Positions 27,319 through 39,885 of a stretch of DNA of 64,000 bases are shown here, piece by piece (within the stretch, counting starts at the first letter, position 1; each line of letters starts with the position of its first letter). A program made the position numbers and the translations under genes. Origin of the DNA: Marsupella aquatica (taxonomy: Eukaryota > Plantae > Marchantiophyta); NCBI GenBank assembly GCA_973895155.1, contig OZ316898.1, positions 684,751 to 748,750 on the forward strand, given 5' to 3'. The notes beneath the pieces are model-generated. The model was not told the origin of the DNA. It saw only the letters and a program-made list of their open reading frames with translations, and ran no database searches.

Positions 27319-30300
27319 GAAGACAAAAGACCGGACACGTCCATATTCACATCGAGAGATGTTTTATTTTTTATTCAATCAATTAAAACAAACTAAGATT
27401 TACAGTAGTAGTCCAGGCAAGTCCAGATTCACCATCTTTTGTTTTTGGTTCAACTAATTTTTTAAAACTGAGATTTATTAGGGCATCTCTAAATTTTAGT
27501 CCACTGAGGATGATTTGCGACAGGAATGTTGTGGGTTGGGTAGTGGGTCAAAGAATTACTCTTACTCTGGTCCAAAATAGGTTCCTCCTCTTGCATGGGC
27601 GCCACAAAGAGCCCAATAAGCCCAAGAATCCCAACAAAAGCAAAAAGAACTAAAATACACCTACAGTAAGTAGCACAGCAAAACTAGTAATGGAACACAG
27701 TGCACGAGTACCAAGGCTGCAAGAGTCAGGACTCGCTCCAGGCCCTGTGTGATGCAACATCACAAAGGGCTCCAAGAGTCTAGACTCGTTATCGGCCAGT
27801 GTTCCACAGTGCCCAACTGCCGGTATGATATTATTTAGTCCAATAATGCAATTAAACTCTCTCTCAGTGCACACTCCCGGGAAGACTGATCCAGCATGAC
27901 TAAACCAGGTGTGCATTCCTTGATAAGTGCACTTATGGATAATAACATGATTTACATCCGTTTGTTAAATGTGTAAGGGGCCCCTCTGTCAGTGATCATC
28001 CTGGTACCTCATATGCCTGCCCTAAATCCGTGCTCAAACTCCTAAGTGCATTTTTAACTCAGCTAAGAATGGGCTTGCATTTATCAGTAAATGCAATCTT
28101 ATGGGATTGTGGGTTTAACCAATAAGTGCATATGAATGCTTATAAAGGGTAAGCACTTCGAAAGTTTCATTTAGCAAAGTAATTACAGGCTTCTGTGCAC
28201 CTAGATTCTTAAAAAAGTGCTTATTTTATTTAAAATCAAAGGGAAGAACAGGATGCCCTGCACTTAACCAGGTAATGTGCTTATGGAGTGTGCGCTTAAA
28301 TAGGGCCGAATGTACTGGCATGTGCCTGTAGCTCTTGTAACTGTAAAAACTATGGAAAACAGAAAAGTAACACTTCAAATAAACAAAGAAAGGGGTGGAA
28401 AGGGGTAAAAGAAAACAACCTTTAAATGGGTTGTGATTGATATATCAATGTTTTAAAGTAAATTATATGATTTTTCTACTTAGTTAGCAGTTTTTGAAAT
28501 AACTATGGGTAGAATGAACTCTTCAACTATTGTAACATTTACCAAGGTAAGGTAAGAAACCTTAGTTTATGTTAGTATGGACAAAGGAATACCAAGGGAA
28601 CATAAAAAACCCTTTGGCTACTATAAATATAAGAATACTAAAGGAACATAAGAAACACTTTGACTTTTATAACATTTTGCATGGACTCTATCATTCTGAT
28701 GTTACATGGACTATATGAATATAGGAGTACCAAGGGAACATGTGTATGGGCTACTACCATGAATAATCTCCTTTTTTTTCCCTTACTTCTCCCTGTTCAA
28801 ACCTGATCCAATATGCAATTCTTCACGTGCTCTAACTTGCTAAATAACATCAAAGTTACATATGGGCCAACTAAAAAATCACTTTGATTGGTCAGAGGTC
28901 TGGAGATTTCTCTCTCTGTCTTCAAGGGCACAAGTTGGCCCCCTTTTCTTTTTCAGGTCCTATGCAAGAAGGAGGCAATGCACTTTTGGGTGCTTTCAAG
29001 GTAGATAAGGAGGCGGTGCAACAGTGTGACTCAATGTTTAGTTTCTGACTGAGACGGAGGCTAGGAGGTGAGTGTGATACCACTTTGCCCCTGGGTATTC
29101 TCCACCTCCAACAAGATGTTAACAAGTTCCTGACCAAATGTACTTTGGTCACACCAAGACTGAACAAAGCATATAAGTATGCCTCTTTGTATTCTACCTC
29201 CCAAGAGCATTTGGTCACTAGATTGAGATAACCATCCCCACATGCACCTCCATATTTTCTGCCTCCTCGGTGTATTTACTACCAAAAATACCCTACCGTA
29301 GCTACTCTTTAATCAAGATCAATTAATGTTGCCTCCAGTACCTTTTGCTACTTTACTATGTCATTTAGTTGATGATTGATTACTTTGGGCTCTACTACTT
29401 TCCTCAAAGCAAAATATAATAAATGGATTGATTAGCATGGAAGACTTTAGGAGTTCTTAGTTATTTCTCATGTCGATGTGATAGGGTTGGGTTACCAGTG
29501 TATTTCCTTGAATTGATGGGCCACCATCCCTTTTCCCAACCACATTGGCCTTTCCTTTTGGTCTTTTAACGAGGTCATTTCTGCATCATTAAAGTTCTTC
29601 CATAGTTGTTTTGCTGAATTGTTTGTTTTAAGGTGCCAGGGTATAATAACTTTTCTGTGTTTTCGTGACAAGGAAAACAACAGTAGAATATTTTATATGA
29701 TCCCCCCCCAAAAAAAATAAAATTAAACTATTGTCTGGCAATACCAAAAGTGTTCTAAGCACAACCAATCTAACCCACCAAAGAATGCTACATTAGAAGT
29801 GCTTGACTGGTCTCACATTCAAGGCCAACTTGGATCTTAGATGTCACAAAGATAATCCAAAGACAGCAGAGTAATTTGGGTTGCAACAATGGAGACGCTG
29901 TAACTCTGTAAGTTACTACAGTCGTATGTGTGTTGAATCTGTTAACATAGCTTGCATTATATTATATGTGGCTCATAATGAGCAAAACCTGGAAACATTA
30001 CCCTCATGAGCACAATCACCCTCATGTGTAAGTAGTGTAACTAGCCTTGATTGTTGTCTCACGAAAGTACTCTTGAAAAGAGAACCTTGAACCTATAATT
30101 ATTTTTTTAAAATGTTGACATAAATGGATTTGAGTAGATATGTGGCGACTTGGCTAGTTATGGCTGTTCGACATACATTGACTCAGATGAGAATGAGGTG
30201 GGTGTGAGCTCAAACCACCTCAAACGAATTTAAGCTGAAATTAAGAAAGTCCATTAATATATTGAAAGAAAATGAAAGAAAATCTGGCCATCAAGCACAT

Positions 30301-30544
30301 CATTCAGCAAAAAGTTTGAATAGAATCTGAAAACAGAGTCACATCAAGACAGATTTTTACAGACATTAGATTTTCTTGAAGCAAACTTTTGGCCTACGGG
30401 GGCTTCAATTTAGTGGCATGGTGTTAGGGGGAATTTGGTACGCGGGGCTTAAGTTTGGTGTCCTGGTGGCAGGACTGGGGAAACGTTGTTAGGTCCCTGG
30501 GGGCTTCAAACTGTGGTCACAATGTAGTAATTATAAGATCACCT

Positions 30545-30716
30545 TTGGGGACTGCGCAATATATCTACAGGAGAATAAATTCATTTTGTTTGGCACCAAA
30601 CTAAAATATGTGATGTTCTAAGATGAGTGGTTGGGGACTGCGCAATATATCTACAGGAGAATAAATTCATTTTGTTTGGCACCAAACTAAAAATGTAATG
30701 TTCTAAGATGAGTGGT
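30545..30716. repeat. Tandem duplication of about 86 bp
   Basis: ttggggactgcgcaatatatctacaggagaataaattcattttgtttggcaccaaactaaaa...tgttctaagatgagtgg x2. Confidence 0.9.
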
Positions 30717-31195
30717 CGGGAAAGACATGAGGGCAATTTTGGGGGAATGGGTAGGAGATTAAATTCTAGAGACGAGGACATTTCATGTCAAAAAATTCCA
30801 CTGTCTAGCACATGTGTTGTTTGGCTATGTGTCAATTAAAATATCAAAAACTAGGCTGAGAAAACCTTTTTAGTCAAAAAAAGGCCACTAAGACATCTTT
30901 TTTTCTAGCCAGGTGTCACCCAATACCGAGAAAGTCGACTGAGAATAACTTTTACGACGACAGAGGACACCAACACATCTTTTTCTGGGCGTCAACCAAA
31001 TACCAAAAAAGTAACTTGAGAGAACCTTTTTGGCTGAGAAAAATTACAATGGTCACCCCTGGAAACAAACTAAACAATGTTTTAGCAATCAAAATAGCAA
31101 TCCAAGTGACTACTACAATAGGGCTTTTTTAAGCTTCAAATTTGATTGAACTTAACTCGTTCGCCAAGATTCAACAAATCAAAAATTGGTCATAT

Positions 31196-31449
31196 GCCAT
31201 GATAAAAAATCATTGTAGAGGCTAGGGAGAAAAACCCCCCAAAAAAACTTTTTCATAACCTGTGAAGCAAATGGTCAAAAGATCATCATTCCTGACTTTG
31301 CAGCTTTGAGACGCCCATGCCATGATCACAAGTCATTGTAGAGGCTAGTGAGAAAACCCCCCCCCAAAAAAAAAACAAAACTTTTTCATAACTTGTGAAG
31401 CAAATGGTCAAAACATCATCATTCCTGACTTGGCAGCTTTGAGACGCCC
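31196..31449. repeat. Tandem duplication of about 125 bp upstream of the kinase gene
   Basis: gccatgat...tcattgtagaggctag.gagaaaaccccc...tgtgaagcaaatggtcaaaa.atcatcattcctgactt.gcagctttgagacgccc x2. Confidence 0.9.
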
Positions 31450-33830
31450 CAGCAGAAAAGAGAACTTCCTGTAAACTACTGCTGAAGCAAAAACTGGACA
31501 ACGCATGTCGAGCAGTCGAGCCGGTGACGAGCGACCGGTAACCGGCGCCGTAAACTGAACCGTTCGGTGACAGCGGCGCTCGCTCGTTTCCTCGTCGGGC
31601 GCGTTCGCAGGTACGATGTCGTTGGTTGGCACTTTCATCGTTAATTTACGCGCCAGAATCGACAGGATGTTCGGCCTGTGTGACAGCATCGAGCAGGCGG
31701 CGAAGAAGGCGGGGACGGAAGCCCAAAATACGACCTCACGCACCCGGCTCAGTGCTCACGCAGGACTGGCTTGACTCTTGATTGCATGCATCCACGCAGC
31801 GTAACTAAAATTGTTAAGGAGAGAGCGAGAGACGGGAGCAAGATTGTGCAATCCCGTGCACACTATATGCCCGGTTGGTGTGTGTGATGGCTGCACAGAA
31901 ACAAGTACAGCTCGAGCGAGCGCATGGCGCTTGTGGTTGGTGGTAGCTTCTCTCGTCGACATCCACCACGGCAGCAGGCTTGTAGCAGATCGGGAGCGAG
32001 CCAAAGAACGGAGGAAGCAAGTGTAAAGAAAGGGAGCGGAGCAAACGGATTGTCATTTTGCCGTTACCGTTGATCTCACTGAAGTGTGTACCGCATTCCG
32101 TACTGAGAAGTACTGGAGTAGTAAGTAGCAGCGCGGGGAAGGAGATAGATTGTTGAGAAAGAAAGGAGGAAAGAAATGGGGATTCTCTCTCGTCGGTCGA
32201 TACAGCGGGGGAAGGGGTCATCGTTTGTTACAGCTCATTATAGATTCGGTGGTCATCGTTTTGTCGTTGCAGTTCGGTATAGAGTTTAGTGAGTCCCTTT
32301 TAAGCGAGGAGGAGGTTCGTTACCGGGGGAAACCGAAATCGTGAGAATGGAGTCCCCGTGGTTGCTGGTGGACAGCTGATACTCTGTAGACAGCTGATAG
32401 GACTGGTGGGTTCTCTATAGAAGGCTAATGGGTACGGTGAAGGATGCGATAATCATGTTTCGATCAGCTTGTGTGGACGGAAGTAAATGTTCTGCGTTGC
32501 TGACCAAGGGGAAGTGAGATGTGAGAGCTGAGCACAGAGATGAGGTTAGGTGGTAGTGTCCTAGCGGAAGAAGCAAAAAACTGACTACGAGCCAGCTGAT
32601 GGATTGGAGAAGGAGGTGGTTTTTGTCTCGTCGTTGGCATGTATCTTGGTGGAATTGAATGAACAGCAGTGTGGCCACTGGAAGTGGTTGAATAATCTGT
32701 GACAGACGAGGCACACAGGGAAGGGGTGTCGCTTGTTCCCCCTCCCCCGAGAGTTTGGGCCTGTTTCTGTGGTGTTTTAGTCGGAGCATTGTGCGTTTTT
32801 GGTGTTGGGAATTTGCTGGCATTCAAAGGTGACTGAGACCTGGCTTCTGGAGAGAGCTTCGCTTGACAACACAGGGAACTATAGGATATAAGTAGGCGGA
32901 TGAGTGGGGCCGTAGAATATGCGTTCCTCGTTCTTTCTTCTTTTCGTTCTGAAATGATGTGACGGTGGGCAGTGGAGGAATGGACGGCGCTTACGTTTAG
33001 AAATTATGGCTTGGCTCTGGCTTTCCGAATGGTAACCTTTCTGTAGCGTCAATTGTTAAAGAGTCCTATCACATGGACAGATTCCGGATCTCTCCGTGGA
33101 TATCAGTAATTTCCTAATGTCGCGAACGTGCCTACGGGGAAGTGTTCCCTACTGCAAAATCATCCAGTGACAGCCGTGCTGTTCTTAGCAAGTCGTTCGT
33201 CAGGGATTAGTAAGGTCACTGGTCAATTACTACAGTGCTTCGTTGATGCGGAATGTCCCAGGATGAGGATGGGCGCAATTTGCTGGCGCGAAATGCCAAA
33301 GAAGATACTCTGGGTGTATCCAAAGTAGATAGGCGACATTGAGCCTGATGCATAGCTGAGTCCCGAGTTGAGGGAACTGAATTGCAGGATGAAGACGTTC
33401 CTCAGGTTGTGAACACTCTGGTGGTCATCGACGTTGCCCCTGCCCACTGTAAATATAAGTTGAGACTCGCTTGATTGTAAAGTTTTTCCATGAGCAACTC
33501 TTTGGGGACCGCAAATGGGAATGAAGCCCTTTGCCATGAGGGAAAAGAGTTACTGCATCGTTTCGGCCTTGACAACTGTCATGGCGCACTGGAGCCCCAC
33601 TAATGCCTACGTAGCTTGCTACATTCCTAGTGTCGGATATTTCATGACGAACGTTTGGCTCTTAGGATTAAAATTGTCAGGGGACGTTCCTGATTATCTC
33701 CGTCTGCGCAAAGCACAATTATTGAGAGTTCTCCAGAGGTTTGAATCATTGGAGAGGAAGGATATCACGTAAGCTAAAAACAGCGAGCCTGATGGAGAAA
33801 TTACGAAGCATGATAGACCAATAAGTTCTG

Positions 33831-36800
33831 ATGGAAACTAGGAAGGAAATCTGTCGGGGTTGTCCTTCCTCAGTTCTCCAGTCTCTAGCTGCCATCAACT
33901 GGAGAGTAAATATAAGCAAGGTGCAAGATATGGCTCTGGAATTGCTGCTGAAGTTGAAGCGCAGCATCAAGATTGGAAATCTGCGGTGGGTTCTGATGAA
34001 TCTCTTAACAGCTAGTCTGTACGTTGGAACTGGTAAGGTATCAGATACTCTTGCGGTCGTCAAAGAGCAGGCATCTCCCATATGGGCACCATCGGGGATT
34101 ATGGTCGCATTTGTACTCCTGTTTGGTTACAACGTCTGGTTTGGCGAGTTTCTCGGTACAGTAGCCATTAATATATGGTATTTTCACTCTGCTCAATATC
34201 ATCAAGCCCTTCCCGCATCGATTGCATTTGGTCTCTTTTCATCGCTGGAGGGCATTGTCTGCGGATGGATGATTAACCACCGCCCGAAATTCAATCACGG
34301 GCGAATGATTTTTCCTGTAAAGGTGACGTCTCTAGTTCACTGAGGCTTCAATTGTCGTCAATTTCGATGTATTTGTTGTGCACGGTGTCCAGTTGAATAT
34401 AACCATCTTAATTAAATTGCTTAATTTTGCAGGAAGTTAGAAGGGGTGCCAAATCTGTAGACACACTTCATGATGCAATGTGGCTATTTATAGCAGCCCC
34501 GGTTACTAGCTTTACCTTCGGAACGGGCAATGCTGTTGCTTTATGCATATTCCGGCTCGCAAACTGGAAGCAATTCTTAGACATATGGCCAACCTGGGTT
34601 CTAGGAGATTTGTCTGCCATCCTCTGTTTTACTCCCTGCATTCTTCACTTTTGGAATTATGTGGATCCTAAAACTGGACCAATTTGGGGGCTGTATCCTA
34701 CAAGGGAATGGTCATTGAGGTCAGTGACGTTTCAGCGTGAAGGTTCAGAGGACATTCAGGATACACTTGAGGGAGACAATTATGAATTTGCCAGCACTGG
34801 GATTAAGGAAGACTCTTTGCATGGCATTGATCATTTGCATGTAAAGGACCAGGGACCTGAAGAGACTCATTCGAAGTGGAGATCAGGACTACCTCAAGAT
34901 TCGGAGAACTGCATTGGCTCTCCGTTTCAACAAGTCTCACCATTGGATGGCAGGGTTGATTTGGAAAGTGGTATCAGTGAATTGAGAAGTTCACCCGAAG
35001 CCTCTCCAGAGAAGAGACCCCACTATTTTCGAAGGGCAGCTAACTCCTTCAAGAAGGCAAGGAGCGAGTGGTTCTTGCACAAACGAAACAGTGCTAGTGG
35101 AACAGAAAACCCCCTCTTTGTTGTGGATCAATCCAGTAGACCTGGGAATAGAAGAGTCAGTTGGAAGGCGGAGACTAGTGATTCTACCGAGAGAGCTCAG
35201 GAAAACGTGAACTCTCCAAGTGACCCTGTAACTCAGTCAGAGCAACTATCAAATACACCTCTGCTGGATACAGAGGCCCCACTTGGGTGTTCCATCAGGG
35301 AAATGATTATCAAAACAGCAGAGTGTGTAGCGTATTTTGTTGTTCTTATTGTCCTGTCATTGGTCATTTTCTTCAACGTGGGGATTCAGGACACTAGTCT
35401 TGTCCAGCGACTTTCATACCTAGTCTTTCCAGTGGTTATCTGGGCAGCTTTTCGGTTCAATCGCCTGGGATTACCTTTGTCAGTTCTTCTGATTGCATTG
35501 ATTGCAAGCTCCGGAACGGCACACCGGAAGGGTCCGCTTTACCGGAAAAATGACAGCCACTCATTGCTACAGGTGGGGGAAGCTGGAAGGCTTAACTTGA
35601 ATACAAGCTGCGTGATTCTGTAAATCTGGTGTTAGCTTCTACACGACAGAACACAAATCCATACTAATGTCTGGGATTTGAATGTGTGACGAGTTTCATT
35701 TCTCACAAGGAACGATGGAACTTGCAGGTGCAAATGTTTGTTTGTGTGCTTGCTATGGTGGCCTTAACTCTGGCAGCAATTGTGCATGACCGCAAACAAA
35801 TGGAATTGAAGCTGAACTCTTTAAACGAGAACCTTGAGACACAGGTATAGACCATAATTTCGGCCGTCGGTTGTATTTTTGTCATTTCCTTCTATGTTGG
35901 TCTTCCCCATCAGAAAAAGCAAGCGCGGGAGAGCTCCAAGAAACATGGCCGGGTTATCTATCAATAAATGGATGAACCTGAAAAAACGGCCTGTGAGGGA
36001 TACTGGTTAAGTTCCAGTGAAACTTAAGATTTCAGTTGAAATATCAAAGTTTTCACTTATCTTGCTAATCTTTCGCGAATATCTTACTGGCTAATCAAGG
36101 ACCTTGCTGATCGGATCTTCGGTCACGTATAGTTGAAGCCAGTATGGCAAACGTAGATTGTATGCACCTCCGTCCATCTTCTAGCTATCCCGGGGTCAAA
36201 GCCGGAGAGCCTCAATGGCCCTTATGGTTCTCATCCGATAGGTTTGATCATGATTGCAGGTTCGAACCCGTACAAATGAGCTGGAGTGCGCCAACCGAGA
36301 CCTGAAACTTTCACAATCAGCTGCAGAAGAGGCGAGCCGAGCTAAGTCAGAGTTTCTGGCAAATATGAGTCATGAGATTCGGTATGGCCGTGAACTGTAA
36401 TCCGTGGAGGAGACTGGAATCATCTCCTTTGATGCTAAATCTACTTGAAGGATAGTGTTTTAAGAACTGGTTGGTTTACCAACGTGAGGTGCTGCTTTCT
36501 CATTCTTGCATACCCGCCATTTTTCTTTCCGTTGAGGGACGAGCTCCCATTTGGGCCTAATTATTCGAGAGAGTTATGCAGGACGCCAATCCACGGCATT
36601 ATTGGGATGACCTCTCTTGCATTAGACACTAAATTGACCCAAGAGCAGCGTGAGCATCTTGAGACGGTCTCACAGTCTGCGGACTGCCTGCTTCACATTG
36701 TCAATGCCATCCTGGACCTTGCGAAAATTGAAGCTGGTCGACTGGAGCTGGAGCATGTCCCTTTCAGTATATCTGATACTATTGGCTCAACAATGAAGAT

Positions 36801-39800
36801 GTTGCAAGTATGCTGCAACGGCTTTTGTTTTTCTTTGAACTGTTCTTGAAATTGGTTTCTTTTCTTAGCGGCCAGGTCTTGGTATATCAAGGAATCGCTG
36901 TTCATATTTCTCGAATAGTTTGTTGGCAGCGAATCATGTTAAAGTCACTAACTTGATCAATTAGCGCGTAAAAGGATTCTAAACTGGGACCCTGTCATTG
37001 GTCAGGTCAGAGCAAGCCAGAAAGAGCTGGATCTCTCCTGGGAGGTTGCTCCCGATGTCCCAGAGCATGTAGTTGGTGATGCAGCCAGGCTGCAGCAATG
37101 TATTCTCAACTTGGGTATTTTTCGTGAAGATTTTCTTGCTACTACCTGCGGATTGGTTCCTCGTTTGTCCCATGTCCAAATTCGAACCGGTAGCCTAAAA
37201 CTCATCAATTCATTTCTTAATTGTGGCATCTTGTTCAATGTCACCTCAAATGTCTTTGGCCTTCATCCAGAGCTTTCGGATCTGGTTAAATTTTTCCAGA
37301 CAAACTATATGTGAATTGTTCTTCTCTTGATGCGCTGTGCAGTGGGGAACGCGGTTAAATTCACCCAGGAAGGTTCTATATTCCTTTCTGCGAAGCTCTA
37401 CGTAGAGAATAGTCCAGAAGTTTTATCTAGGAGAGAAAGTTTTGGACCAGGTCGAGCAATAGAGAAGACCCAAAGCATTGGGCATGCGGAGAAGAAGTCG
37501 GGAAAATTGTACATACCTGGGTACAATGGGAACCCTCAAATAGTACAAGGGTGTTCTCCTGCCGAAGGAAGTCATGCCGTGGATGTTAGTGAGAGGCCTG
37601 CAGGCGAGAATAGATGGATGCGGCCCAGTCTTGAGAGTCTCAGAGGTTCTTTCAATGGCACTTCGACCACCGGCACTAGAGAGGATAATAGATTGGAGAA
37701 CCATCCAGAGGAAGGACGCGAGGAAGGTGGAGATGGCATACTCAGTATACTCTTTGCAGTGCGGGATACGGGCATTGGTATCAGTAAGGAAAAGCAAGCC
37801 GATGTTTTTAAGGCCTTCTCACAGGCAGATAGCTCAATTACAAGGCTTTACGGAGGCACTGGACTTGGCCTGAGCATTGTGGAACGGTACCTCTGCTTTT
37901 TCCTCTCCGGTCTTCCTTGGACATGAAACTTCGTTCATTGTATTGCATTATTTCTCAGTCCCCTCCTGCATAGATTGCTTTTTTTCATGTTGGGCGGGTC
38001 TACGGCCAAAGACTATGACAAATAGTGCGGAATGCAAAGTCTCCCTCTTTAGGCGAATCCCCTGGAAACTTTGTTTCAACCTTATATCAGGGAGAGACGA
38101 CCATGTCGTATATAAAGAGACCCCTGCTTAGGTTCTTTTACTCTCATTTGCTGGCCATCAGCTGTTTCATGCTTTGCCCCTGGTCCTTAAACCCCCCGTT
38201 TTGCGAGTCACTTCAACTGCTGAATTTGAGAACCATATATATATATGACAGTTCCTGGTAAACCATAGGGTACCTACTGTCCCGCAACTTAGTTTCTCCC
38301 CCTCTTTGGTTTTAAGTAGGCGTTTTTCACCCTCTTGAATCCTTTCACCCAATCCCTCTTCGTAGTCCATATAGAGTGTGGCCTAAAGGCTACAACGGGT
38401 ACAAATCAACAGTGTCTCAATGCAATTCATTTTTTTCTCTCGCACGAGGATAATTAGTTTGGCTGGAGGTTCCACTTAAAGCAGTCTCAACTTTTTCCAC
38501 TAGCAGGAGTGCACTGTTGCTGCTATCGTGAGGAGCAAGTTAGACTAGACGTCTCAAAGTATGATGTCAGTATACTACTGTCTTTTTTCGGCTCTCAGCA
38601 CTTAGCCCAGTCTCTAATTTTTCTTATCCTGCTTGCGGTCTCTTGGCTGTTCATCCACATCTCGTTGGTTTTTTGCGCCTCTTTATACTTGGGAACCCGT
38701 CTGATTCATGCCTTTGGTGTGTCTCGGTCGTCATTGGTCAAATTAGGAGTATGTCTGGGTTTGTTTTAGTCTTATTTGTTCCAGCCTAGTGTGACTGAAA
38801 CCCTAGTTCTCAAATGTATTGATTGATTTTTGGTTTCTTAATACCACATATTGATGTTGTTTTGAAGGTTGGTCGGAATGATGGGTGGACGAATTTGGCT
38901 AGAGAGCGAGCCAGGCCAAGGAAGTACTTTCTACTTTCTTGCACGCTTTGAGAGAGGCATCGCACCACTAGGAAGAACCGACGAAGATATTCAAGTAGAT
39001 GCCCCACTCGATCACGTGGTTACCTTGGGCCCTGTCCAACAAGTACGCGGGGAAACTAAACGGTCTGAGAATATCTTAGGTGAAGTGGTAGAAGCAGCTG
39101 TACCTAGTGAGATAGGGTCTCCAGCCACTGAGAAACAGAAATCAGGCTTGGTTGGTAATGATGGTCAAAGTCTACCCAGTTTGGTGGCGTTCAAAGATCC
39201 AGCTAAAGGGAGGGATGCTGTCCAACATAAAGATACAGTAAATGCAAAGCCACCTTCTGGTACTCGTGGAGGAAAAGGCCACGAACTTACCATAAACAAC
39301 AGCAATGATTCTCTGCAGCTTCTGAAAGGCATGAAAGTCCTCCTGGCGGAAGACAATGTAGTCAATCAAAAAGTTGCATGCCAACAGTTACGAAAGTTTG
39401 GTACTGTGGTTCAAGTAGTTGGTGATGGACAACAGTGCATAAATATTCTGGAGCAGCACCGCGATGAATTTGATTTGATCCTCATGGATGTTCAGGTTCA
39501 GATCCTTCCCGTTTTTCCTGAGCACATGCATCAATTACGCTCTGAGCTTTCCTATAGTACCTTTTCTTTCTCTGGGCACTTGTGTACTTGCTTGCGTGTT
39601 TTGCATGTCTAATGTATACTCGAGACGCTTATCAAGGGTGGAGACTAATCGACTATGATCGTGTTTGGACAGATGCCAGTGCTGGATGGCCTTCAAGCTA
39701 CCAAGATTATAAGAGCTGAAGAGCTAGAGTTGAACTATCCCCGCAAACCAATTATTGGCCTTACTGCCCATGCCATTCAAGGTTATAAAGATAAGTGTTT

Positions 39801-39885
39801 GGAAGCTGGAATGGATGCTTATGCGTGTAAACCATTCCAAGCGAAGCAACTAGTTGAGGTTATTCAAAGAGTGATGTCTGATTGA
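33831..39885 (+). CDS. Hybrid sensor histidine kinase: MASE1 membrane sensor + HisKA + HATPase_c + receiver (about 1196 aa, 9 coding exons)
   Basis: Exons joined by hand at GT-AG sites with consistent phases: 33831-34322, 34433-35572, 35728-35844, 36260-36381, 36582-36807, 37006-37114, 37343-37886, 38868-39495, 39673-39885. Motifs: MASE1 (SPIWAPSGI, TWVLGD, YLVFPVVIWAAFRF), H-box AKSEFLANMSHEIRTP, N-box LNLVGNAVKFT, G1 DTGIGI, F-box FKAFSQAD, G2 GGTGLGL, receiver AEDN...MDVQMP...TAH...KPF. The start codon is uncertain; a downstream ATG (MALELL) is an alternative. Confidence 0.93.

Noticed and set aside
36255-36275. GGTTCGAACCC tRNA T-loop-like motif
   Set aside because: It spans a splice acceptor and the kinase exon start; no cloverleaf.
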